64,000 bases of DNA, from positions 1-64,000 of the IMG/VR virus record IMGVR_UViG_3300025154_000065, one strand, 5' to 3'. The position numbers and the translations under genes are program-made. Source of the stretch: a virus. The notes under the pieces are model-generated. The model saw only the letters and a list, made by a program, of their open reading frames with translations, was not told the DNA's origin and did not search any database. Position 1 is the stretch's first letter; every line of letters begins with the position of its first letter. Shown here piece after piece: positions 31,760 through 39,974 of this stretch.

Positions 31760-33235
31760 TTACTTCCTTTCGTAAGATTTAAAAACATCCTTAAATGTCA
31801 TCAATGGAGTTTCCATGATCTCATCAATAAATGAATACCGATTTGTTCTAAGTGTTCTAATTACATTAGGTAAAGAATAGTAATCAACTCTTTTACCCAA
31901 CTCTTGTTCTTCAATTTGGATATTGGAGATTTTACAGTTGTAAGAAAGTCTATTAGTTTCTCCTGGTACATGAAGTAAATATACAGTTGGTTCTATGTCA
32001 AATTTCTTTGCATATTTTGCATATGCAGTATGAAATAAAGGATTGGTATTATCTCCTCCGTCAGAACAAATCACTATTCCATTTACAACAATACTCTTTT
32101 CAGAAATATAATCAAGTCCACAACCTACTGAAGTACCACCGACTGCATTCAACCTTTTGGTCATATCCTTGATCTCTTCTAATGTTTTACCTGTTACATC
32201 AAAATAAGTAGGTTGAACATTAAAAAATACAAGGTAAACTTTACCTTTTACCTGTTGTGCAATCAGAGCAGCTATATTTCTCGCAACTTCTATAGAAGTT
32301 TGCATACTTCCACTTCTATCTCCAAGGACAAGCCAATCGCCTTCAATTCCTCCTAGTTTCTCAAGTCTTTGTTCCTGAACGTTCTCAAGTTTTGAAGCCG
32401 TTTTTATATCTGTCCTTTTCAATACTTCTGCCGCTTTGCCAGCTTTTAATGTACTTACATTTTTCTTACTAGTCTTCATTCTTTCAACTGCTTTGTCGTA
32501 AGCAGCTTTAAGAGTTGGATTTTCAAAAACTCCATATTTCTTTAGCATATTGGTGTTATTGATTAATTCATTCCCACTCATTCTTTCAATTAAAGCAAGA
32601 ATAAGATCCGTTTTACCTTTTATTCCACCTAATGCACCAACAGCTATGAGAAATGGAATCTCATAATTCAAAATTGTACCAGCAGCCTCTTCTGCATTCA
32701 TATTTTTCAATTGTCTGATTGCAGCAAAAGGGCTATTTACTGGATATTCTTTTTTAAAGAGAATTGAATTTGCATAATCAGATGGTTTTATATGATACAT
32801 GGCATAAAGAGATTTAAGACTTTCTCTATGTTGCATAGCAGTTTTATTCCACCATCTTTTATTCTTCTCTCTTTCTCTCAAATAAAGATTTACTGCTTGT
32901 TTCAGAAATTTTGACCCGCCATCATAAGATATAGGAAGAGATTTAGAAAATCTACTTGCTCTTAGAAAATCTCTCATGTCAAGGAGGCAGAGATTGGCTG
33001 CAGAATTCTCAAATAATTCATCATCGCCTTTTGATTTCAAGGCGATGATTGGCAATGCCACTTTGCTATCTCTAACTTCGCCTTTTTTTGAATTCCATGC
33101 AATAATATGAGCAAATAATTCAGGTTCTTGATTTGCAGCTTGGAATCCAATATCTTGATAAATAGTTAGATCTTTGTGTCCAATTTTGATGAGTTGAGAA
33201 ACAAGTTGGGATTTAGAAATCCCGGTGTTTTCCAT
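31760..33235 (-). CDS. Divergent Ro60/Rsr-like TROVE + vWA protein
   Basis: Helical N-terminal ~290 aa with SLKSLYAMYHIKP (cf. Ro60 SHKDLLRLSHLKP); C-terminal vWA MIDAS DRSGS, GGT, SDG; 491 aa; tRNA-like RNAs upstream. Confidence 0.75.
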   Translation of the reverse strand: MENTGISKSQLVSQLIKIGHKDLTIYQDIGFQAANQEPELFAHIIAWNSKKGEVRDSKVALPIIALKSKGDDELFENSAANLCLLDMRDFLRASRFSKSLPISYDGGSKFLKQAVNLYLREREKNKRWWNKTAMQHRESLKSLYAMYHIKPSDYANSILFKKEYPVNSPFAAIRQLKNMNAEEAAGTILNYEIPFLIAVGALGGIKGKTDLILALIERMSGNELINNTNMLKKYGVFENPTLKAAYDKAVERMKTSKKNVSTLKAGKAAEVLKRTDIKTASKLENVQEQRLEKLGGIEGDWLVLGDRSGSMQTSIEVARNIAALIAQQVKGKVYLVFFNVQPTYFDVTGKTLEEIKDMTKRLNAVGGTSVGCGLDYISEKSIVVNGIVICSDGGDNTNPLFHTAYAKYAKKFDIEPTVYLLHVPGETNRLSYNCKISNIQIEEQELGKRVDYYSLPNVIRTLRTNRYSFIDEIMETPLMTFKDVFKSYERK

Positions 33236-33262
33236 GATTTACTCCTTTGGTTTGAGTTAAAT

Positions 33263-33339
33263 TGGTCTGGATAGAAGGATTTGAACCTCCGATCCCTTGC
33301 TCCCAAAGCAAGTGCGATACCCGACTTCGCTATATCCAT
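33263..33339 (-). tRNA. tRNA-Pro(UGG)
   Basis: Anticodon arm CUUGC-UUUGGGA-GCAAG, T arm GGAGG-UUCAAAU-CCUUC, encoded CCA; 1:72 mismatch. Confidence 0.88.
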
Positions 33340-33354
33340 ATTTAATTGAAAAGA

Positions 33355-33494
33355 TTAGGGTAAGTTATTTGAGGCATTCATTTGTAAAGTCTGATTATGA
33401 GTCAGATGCGTTTACCAATTCCGCCGTATAGTCCGAAGACTACAGAAGGACTCGAACCTTCAATTTTGCATGTATCCTCAAAAAGTAACCCTAA
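33355..33494 (-). ncRNA. Y-RNA-like RNA A: module plus circularly permuted tRNA (CAU loop)
   Basis: Order is T arm, acceptor closed by UUCG, D arm, anticodon arm, all inside a long terminal stem. Confidence 0.82.
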
Positions 33495-33500
33495 ATTGAA

Positions 33501-33573
33501 AAATGGGATAAATCAAAAAGGCTTTATTGTTTTCTCCGATGATAACATGTATGCCTTCTTAGTAATCCCATTT
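33501..33573 (-). ncRNA. Y-RNA-like RNA B: module only
   Basis: AAAUGGGAU UACU AAGAAGGC AUACAUG ... GCCUUUUU GAUUU AUCCCAUUU. Confidence 0.72.
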
Positions 33574-33579
33574 GTTTAC

Positions 33580-33685
33580 TGGTGGGGAATGTTGTTCCAT
33601 TGCAATTTTAGATCCTAAATCTAACGCATGTATGATTACTTTGTGCCATTTCTGGAAGTCAAATAACCTTTTAATGGCATTCCCC
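33580..33685 (-). ncRNA. Y-RNA-like RNA C: acceptor stem+CCA, permuted module, anticodon-like hairpin (UAG)
   Basis: GGGGAAU/AUUCCCC-A-CCA; GGUUAUUU GACUU CCA-GAAA-UGG CACA AAGUAAUC AUACAUGC; UUAGA-UUUAGGA-UCUAA. Confidence 0.7.
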
Positions 33686-33695
33686 ATAAATAAAT

Positions 33696-34277
33696 CTATC
33701 TTGATTTCTTATTAATTTTTAGAGGAATCGAAGATAGAGTTGAAGCCAAATATTCGTTTTTTCTTACTATATCAATTGGCAAATTCTTTGAAATCTGTAT
33801 ATAGTAATCAGAATCAAGCCAATTAGTATATTCCATTCTTCCTCTAGTTTTATTACATTTTTTACATGCAGTCAAGAGATTTTCTTCTATGCTTGGACCA
33901 CCATTTTCCCATAAAATTAAATGATCAACCGTTAGAGGAATTCCTGTTTTATTACAATATCTACATGAATAATGATCCCGTTGAAAAACTCTCCAGCTTA
34001 CAAATTGGTCAATTTGTCTTTCGCATTTCCTTACAATAGTTTTTATAAATTGACCATCATTTTGGGAGAATACTTCTGTTTTCAATGTATCTGTTTGACG
34101 AAAGAATTTCTTCCAATCTTCTAAATTCATATTTAAGTATATTTCGTTATGCAAATCTTCTACATAATCTGGAAGATAACAATAATAATCTTTTTCATTT
34201 CCAGATATAATAATTCCTGATATTTGGATGGTATTTCCAAGATCATAAATTTCAATATCATCAAGAGTTATTTCCAT
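33696..34277 (-). CDS. HNH endonuclease within the RNA array
   Basis: RDHYSCRYC...TVDH...NLLTACKKCN; uncharacterised N-terminal ~85 aa. Confidence 0.85.
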   Translation of the reverse strand: MEITLDDIEIYDLGNTIQISGIIISGNEKDYYCYLPDYVEDLHNEIYLNMNLEDWKKFFRQTDTLKTEVFSQNDGQFIKTIVRKCERQIDQFVSWRVFQRDHYSCRYCNKTGIPLTVDHLILWENGGPSIEENLLTACKKCNKTRGRMEYTNWLDSDYYIQISKNLPIDIVRKNEYLASTLSSIPLKINKKSR

Positions 34278-34294
34278 ATTCTTCCTTTAAAAGA

Positions 34295-34387
34295 TGGCGG
34301 GGGAGGGTGGGGCGAACCACCGTTTGCATGTAAGATTTTACAATTAGCTTTTTAGCAAGTCTGAAAACCTTTCATCAATTCTCCCCC
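34295..34387 (-). ncRNA. Y-RNA-like RNA D: acceptor stem + T arm + CCA with permuted module
   Basis: GGGGGAG/CUCCCCC-G-CCA; GGUGG-UUCGCC-CCACC; GGUUUUCA GACUU GCU-AAAA-AGC UAAU UGUAAAAUC UUACAUGC. Confidence 0.72.
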
Positions 34388-34395
34388 ATAAAAGA

Positions 34396-34520
34396 TGGGT
34401 TGTAAATCTGCTGTACTATTTAGGTTACGCTCGTGGGAATCGAACCCACAACACTCGGCTTTCAAGGCTGATGCTCTACCAATTGAGCTAAAGCATGTAA
34501 GCACAGCAAGTAACAACCCA
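34396..34520 (-). ncRNA. Y-RNA-like RNA E: module extending the acceptor end of a normally ordered tRNA body (UGA loop)
   Basis: UGGGUUGU UACU UGCUGUGC UUACAUGC [D, anticodon, T arms] ... GUACAGCA GAUUU ACAACCCA; no CCA end. Confidence 0.8.
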
Positions 34521-34528
34521 AGCAATAG

Positions 34529-34538
34529 CAATATAGCA
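34529..34538 (-). promoter_or_regulatory. Extended -10 promoter candidate for the RNA/TROVE operon
   Basis: TGCTATATTG about 9 nt upstream of RNA E; matches the recurring motif. Confidence 0.5.
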
Positions 34539-34808
34539 TGGTTTTTGAAGAGGCATAAAATATTATTGATTGATACAATAAATTACTTTTTAAATTTGTT
34601 ATTTATATGCAATACCAAATCACCAAATATCTCCTTGTCCATCAAAAATGGTCCCTGTATTGGACTTTTTAAATACTTCGATTGATACCAAATCCATATT
34701 CCATATTCTGGCAATTGGCCTTCTTTGCCAAATACAGGACCAACACGAAATCTCAACAATTGTTCATCATCTAATATTGCAAAAGTTGAATCATCTTCTA
34801 TAATTTCA

Positions 34809-35018
34809 TTAGTTTCCATGAGGTTCTCTCCCTTCAAAAAATTGAAACCAACATTCTTTACAAAAATCTTTTGTGTATATTAGTTTTCTATCAGAATCAA
34901 AAGCTAATAAGTAGCCAAATTCTTCATTTAATTCTTCTCCACATAATAATTGTTTATATTCAAAATTGTTTTTAATAATATGAATTTTATTATTTTGAAA
35001 ATAAACTGTTTTTGTCAT
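34809..35018 (-). CDS. small Cys-containing protein, paralog of 35173..35418
   Basis: Shared KIH...C.EE...FDS...KD.C..CWF pattern. Confidence 0.6.
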   Translation of the reverse strand: MTKTVYFQNNKIHIIKNNFEYKQLLCGEELNEEFGYLLAFDSDRKLIYTKDFCKECWFQFFEGREPHGN

Positions 35019-35172
35019 TCCTTAATCCTTTTGAATATCAATTTTGAATTATCTATATAAATTAATTCCCATCCGTTATTACCATATTCATTTAAATTCT
35101 CTTCAAAATTATCAAAGCTAAATGGAAAACATCCACTATATTCAAAATATCTTATTTTGTATTCATATTTTA

Positions 35173-35418
35173 TTATTCCCATATCCACTCCCACTCTTTT
35201 TCATTGTCAATTCTTTTCTGAATACTTTCTGGGATTCCATTAGGAAACCAACATTTTAGACATATATCTTTAGAAGATATATGTCTTTCACAAGAATCAA
35301 AAGTTATTATCTTACAGTGATATATGTCAATCTCTTCACAACATATAAAATATTGTGTTATATTTTTAGATGAAATAAAATGTATTTTACCATTTTGAAT
35401 ATATCCTGTTATTACCAT
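35173..35418 (-). CDS. small Cys-containing protein, paralog of 34809..35018
   Basis: Same pattern as 34809..35018. Confidence 0.6.
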   Translation of the reverse strand: MVITGYIQNGKIHFISSKNITQYFICCEEIDIYHCKIITFDSCERHISSKDICLKCWFPNGIPESIQKRIDNEKEWEWIWE

Positions 35419-36944
35419 TTTTCCTCTCTTTCACTATCTAGAAATGCTTGACCAACTTCAAGTTGTCTCAGAACTCTCACTTCTTCCAGTTCGTTAAATT
35501 GTTCATCTCTACCTTTGATTTTGCTAACTCTAATATATCTCATTTGTTTTTCTTCTGGAGTTTGATGTATTCCAAATGCAATATCTGGATGTCCATATTT
35601 AGCTCTAGCAGAACCAGAAGCATCACCCATCTTTGATTTTCTTTTATTTAATGCAGCGGTTTTTATTTGTGTTGCAGTTATAACAAGAGTATGTCTCTCT
35701 CCTGCTATTCTCGCAAGACTTTTCCATATGTCATCAATTTTTTGTTCATCATTGCCATCTTTTAATTCAGGAACTACAATATCAGCATAATCAACTATGA
35801 TTATGTCAGGGATAAATCCTTCAAGATATTCTGCAATATCTAATTGTCGTTCCATGTCTGATAATGTAGCTGAAAATCTAGGAAAGCATTTTAATCTCCA
35901 ATTATCTCCATAAGTTCTTGTTACCGCTTGAGTCTTACTTAGAATTTTCTCTGTTGAGATAGCTGGTCTTTCGATTTCAATAAACCAACTGTCCATTTTA
36001 TAATCTCTTTTAAACGATTCATGATTTCTACAAAATGTACATGGTTTATAACCTTTTGGCTGATATTCAATTGAATGTGGTTTTGTCCCTGTTTCTGGAT
36101 CGTAAAGACCTATTTCATTTGTTCTAAAATGCTTATTGCATAAATTATGTTGATTCAATATACAATCAAATGATGGATAAATAAATTTACCACCTTGTTC
36201 CATTTGTGCAGTTATTCTCTTATAATATCTTTGTGCTAATCTTTTATCATTCATTTCAAAATTAAACTCAAAGACATTTAAACCTGCAAAAATACCCAAC
36301 ATTCTACATTCTGATAGTATCCATGACTTCCCGATTCCGTAACCACCTTGTACTGAAACAAGCATCCCTCTACAGAACCAGTCAAGCAAATCTCCTAACG
36401 CTCCTCTAAATCGTATAAGTTTATCATCTTCTGCTTCATTCATTACTTTCTTGATAAACTCTGGATCATTGGGATTTACGTATGTTCCCATTACTTTTGC
36501 TACTTTATTGAATCCTGCAACTTCCTTCTCTGCTTCATCAATCTTATCTAATTTGATTAATCCGTCAAGACGTTCTTTGTGTACTTCAAGAGAACGCTTT
36601 CTAAAATAAGCAATGGCTTTATCTATTGCAAATGGTTTATTGAAATTTTGTTCGTATTGTGCTGAAAGATTTTGGAGGAATATTTCTATAAGATCAGCTT
36701 CATCAGAGTTTAGAGATAAACTCTCTGCTGCAAAGATATCTGTGATTTCTTCTTTTGGAGCAGCTTCATATTGATTATAATGATTTAGAATCCACTTTGA
36801 TACTTTTCTAGCTAAAGGAGTTTGCCAGTAATCAGATTTTACTAAAGGAACAATCTCCTTTAGAAAATCACTATTTGTTATCATGTTTGTTATTATTTGT
36901 TTTTCTACTGTTAAATCGACTTCATTTCTTCTCAATAAAGCCAT
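35412..36944 (-). CDS. DnaB-like replicative helicase with Cys-rich insertion
   Basis: GGYGIGKS, NFEM, IIVDYAD, TATQ, KGR motifs. Confidence 0.8.
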   Translation of the reverse strand: MALLRRNEVDLTVEKQIITNMITNSDFLKEIVPLVKSDYWQTPLARKVSKWILNHYNQYEAAPKEEITDIFAAESLSLNSDEADLIEIFLQNLSAQYEQNFNKPFAIDKAIAYFRKRSLEVHKERLDGLIKLDKIDEAEKEVAGFNKVAKVMGTYVNPNDPEFIKKVMNEAEDDKLIRFRGALGDLLDWFCRGMLVSVQGGYGIGKSWILSECRMLGIFAGLNVFEFNFEMNDKRLAQRYYKRITAQMEQGGKFIYPSFDCILNQHNLCNKHFRTNEIGLYDPETGTKPHSIEYQPKGYKPCTFCRNHESFKRDYKMDSWFIEIERPAISTEKILSKTQAVTRTYGDNWRLKCFPRFSATLSDMERQLDIAEYLEGFIPDIIIVDYADIVVPELKDGNDEQKIDDIWKSLARIAGERHTLVITATQIKTAALNKRKSKMGDASGSARAKYGHPDIAFGIHQTPEEKQMRYIRVSKIKGRDEQFNELEEVRVLRQLEVGQAFLDSEREEKW

Positions 36945-36962
36945 TATTAATAAATCCCTCCA

Positions 36963-37760
36963 TTAATCAAATATCTTAAAACCTCTTTTACTTTTTATTT
37001 TATCTGGATCAAATGATTGAACATCATCATAAATTCTTCTCTCTGCAATCTTTACATATTCTTCTTCTTTTTCTATGAGAATGAAATTTCTATTTGATTT
37101 TTTAGCAGCAACGCCAGTAGTGCCAGAACCAGCGCAATTATCCAAAATCAAAGCATTTTCGTTTGTATATGTTTTTATTAGATATTCAAATAAAGGAACA
37201 GGTTTTTCCGTTGGATGATTGCTTTTATCCTTATCTCCAAAACAAGCTCTAAATTCTAATATGTCAGATGGATAACTTTTATTTATTGATATCTCTCTTG
37301 ATGATTCCTTTTCCATATCTCCATAAGAGTCTGTATTTTTACGTTTTGTTGTGGCAGGTCTTATGTTTTTAGGATCTTTCTTTACAAATTGTGGATTATA
37401 AGTACAAGAATTACTATAAAATACACTAATTCTTTCTGTTAATCTCATAGGCATTTTCTTTGCGTTTAAATGACCAGTTGCTTTATCTTTCTTCCATACC
37501 CAATCATATTTATAATTCTCTAAATTAGAGCAACGTAATAGTGAACTAAAAGGTTCTGCTCCAAATAATACTATTGCTGAATTATCTTTGATAATTCTTT
37601 TATATTGTTTCCATAATGGTTCAAAAGGAATTATTGTATCCCAACAACATTGGGTGGTTCCATATGGGAGATCACACAAGATAAGATCAATTGATTTATC
37701 ATCAATCTCTTTCATTACTTCTAAACAATCACCATGATATATTTTGTTGATTTCCAGCAT
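36963..37760 (-). CDS. DNA amino-methyltransferase (N6-A/N4-C, beta class)
   Basis: CDLPYG, HPTEKP, LDNCAGSGTT. Confidence 0.9.
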   Translation of the reverse strand: MLEINKIYHGDCLEVMKEIDDKSIDLILCDLPYGTTQCCWDTIIPFEPLWKQYKRIIKDNSAIVLFGAEPFSSLLRCSNLENYKYDWVWKKDKATGHLNAKKMPMRLTERISVFYSNSCTYNPQFVKKDPKNIRPATTKRKNTDSYGDMEKESSREISINKSYPSDILEFRACFGDKDKSNHPTEKPVPLFEYLIKTYTNENALILDNCAGSGTTGVAAKKSNRNFILIEKEEEYVKIAERRIYDDVQSFDPDKIKSKRGFKIFD

Positions 37761-38766
37761 TATTTATATCCTACAAAAAGGTACATCGCCTTTAGAAAAT
37801 GTCTTTTTATCTTCATAGATATCTTCTTTTACTTTTTGGACATATGATCTACTTTGCTCCTCAGTAGTAAGTCCTTCTTTTATTTCAGTACACCAATCAC
37901 TTAATTGTAGAATTCTCCAACCTGGGAATGAATGCTTTGCTGCTACATCAAGACATATCTCATATCTTTCTAAATCCAGATAACTACATGTCGCACAAAT
38001 CAATTCTCTATCATTATCTGGTGTGATAGTACATTTATTTTCAATTACTCCAACTACTGTAGGTGTTTTGCAATAGTAATAATCTTTGCATTCTGGATCA
38101 CTTAATATGACTTTTTTACGACGATTGGATGGAACTAACACAATATTTCTTCTCTCGTAATTAAATATATTGCCATCAATATGAAGCAGAGTTTTATTTC
38201 TTCTGTCTGCATCATTAAACATTGTGCAATGTAAATATTTGCAATTTAACTCATCTGATTTGATAACCATTCTAGGACCGGCTTTTGTATTTATCTCGCA
38301 AGCATAAAATATGTAGTCTTTTACTCTATCATAATCTGCTATGTCGAGCTTGACGTAACCTCCACCCTTGAGCTTGAGACTTGCCATACAGACGCCCTCT
38401 CTGAAGCCGTATTTTGGCCTTATTTTGCATTATCGCCATGTTTTTGTACTCTGGCACATTGTAGCACAGAAGTCCAAAAGAAAGGCCAAATTTTAACAAT
38501 TTAAGGGGTATGTGATTTTATATGGATTAGCCATAAACTCTTCTAGCTTTATGTTCATTGTCATAAAATTTACAGCCCCAATATGTTAATCTTTCATAAT
38601 TAATATATTTTGTTCTTTCATCTGGATTTTCTGAAACCCATTGACGTATAGCATCAATTAGTGAATTTGCTTCATAAGTTCCGCAGAATGTCGCTCCACA
38701 AGATTGTCCTGTTGCAATAAAACCTTCTAGCCATAGAGTTATTGTTTTCATAATTTATTCTCCGCA

Positions 38767-39501
38767 TTAGGAACACCATCCACAATTACGACATCTATAA
38801 ATACCAAGTTTTGAATCGTAATATAAATATTTATCATCACATTCACATTTTTTCATTTTATTTTTCTCCATAAATTCTAACATTTTCCATGCATATCTAG
38901 CCACTGCTGGAACTTGTCCATTTCCAGTGGCTCTAAGTCTGTCCATCCTATAGGCCATCCCATTAGATATTCTTGATTCTCCGGGATTACTTGTCCAAAA
39001 ACTTGTACATACGCACGACAGGCAGGATGTTTCTGCATTGATTTTGCTGTATAATTTCCCTTCGTTGTTGGAGTATGCACGTAACCAATATCTTTCCCGA
39101 ATGTGGTCTGCACCCAAGTTTCTGAGACATTCTGCAGCATTGTTGATTGAATCATATGTAACATTTTCCGAAAAAACGTATTTTGGTTTAACTTCTTTGA
39201 TAATTCTAAGCATTTCCGGCCATAAGTCTTCAGCAATAATTCTACCTGAAGACGCTTTACTGAATGGTTGACATGGGAATCCGCCAGAAACCACATCAAT
39301 AATTCCTTCCCATATGGTTCCGTCAAAGGTATGTACATCGTCCCATATAGGGAATGATGGAAGATATCCTTCATTTTGTCGCTGCATGAGTCGTCTAATG
39401 CAGAAGGGATCGTTTTCAACTGCACAGATTGTTTTCCATCCGAGTAATTGACTTGCAAGAAGTCCTCCTCCAGCGCCAGCGAAAAGTGCCAACTCATTCA
39501 T
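38767..39501 (-). CDS. DNA cytosine-C5 methyltransferase, large subunit
   Basis: LFAGAGG, GGFPCQPFS, ENV, RER, GNG (motif X); motif IX not evident. Confidence 0.85.
   Translation of the reverse strand: MNELALFAGAGGGLLASQLLGWKTICAVENDPFCIRRLMQRQNEGYLPSFPIWDDVHTFDGTIWEGIIDVVSGGFPCQPFSKASSGRIIAEDLWPEMLRIIKEVKPKYVFSENVTYDSINNAAECLRNLGADHIRERYWLRAYSNNEGKLYSKINAETSCLSCVCTSFWTSNPGESRISNGMAYRMDRLRATGNGQVPAVARYAWKMLEFMEKNKMKKCECDDKYLYYDSKLGIYRCRNCGWCS
38877..39497 (-). CDS. Nested alternative-frame protein, putative small subunit of the C5 methyltransferase
   Basis: 206 open codons inside the MTase gene; AGGAG 8 nt upstream; EYLMGWPIGWT resembles motif IX. Confidence 0.65.
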   Translation of the reverse strand: MSWHFSLALEEDFLQVNYSDGKQSVQLKTIPSALDDSCSDKMKDIFHHSLYGTMYIPLTEPYGKELLMWFLADSHVNHSVKRLQVELLLKTYGRKCLELSKKLNQNTFFRKMLHMIQSTMLQNVSETWVQTTFGKDIGYVHTPTTKGNYTAKSMQKHPACRAYVQVFGQVIPENQEYLMGWPIGWTDLEPLEMDKFQQWLDMHGKC

Positions 39502-39974
39502 CATTCTCCTCGTATAAGACTTTATGAGTTTTATAATGCCATCCATCAAACCATTTAAGATAAACATAAGATACTTTGCCTTTTAATCTTTTATTATAAT
39601 ATTCCTCTGCTTCTTTTATAGTCATGCGCCCTCTTACAACCTTTATTTTATTCTTTGGCATATCTGGAGTTCTATAACAAAGATTTACATTCATGTTATT
39701 TATCCTCAAGATAGATCAATAATCTGCATTTCTTTCTTTGTGAGTTTTATTTCTAATAGATTTGGAACGTATTTAATTCCTTCACTTCTAGCCCATTCTT
39801 TGGCTTTTTTTACTGCTTCGTTATTTGATTCATAATAATTAATTCCTCGTATAATTAATACATCATGCCTCCACCCGTATTTATCTTGTAAGATCCCCAT
39901 TAATGCTGCATAATAACCAAGAATTGAATCAAAATGAATTGTTATATATTTTTTAATATATTGTTCTGGCACTT

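Noticed and set aside
33355-34520. Ordinary degenerate tRNA cluster or CRISPR-like repeat
   Set aside because: Arm order is permuted and the shared loops sit in co-varying stems; there are no identical repeats with regular spacers.
33397-34685. + strand ORFs 33397..33618 and 34395..34685 (also 15658..15924)
   Set aside because: Antisense shadows of tRNA-like sequences.
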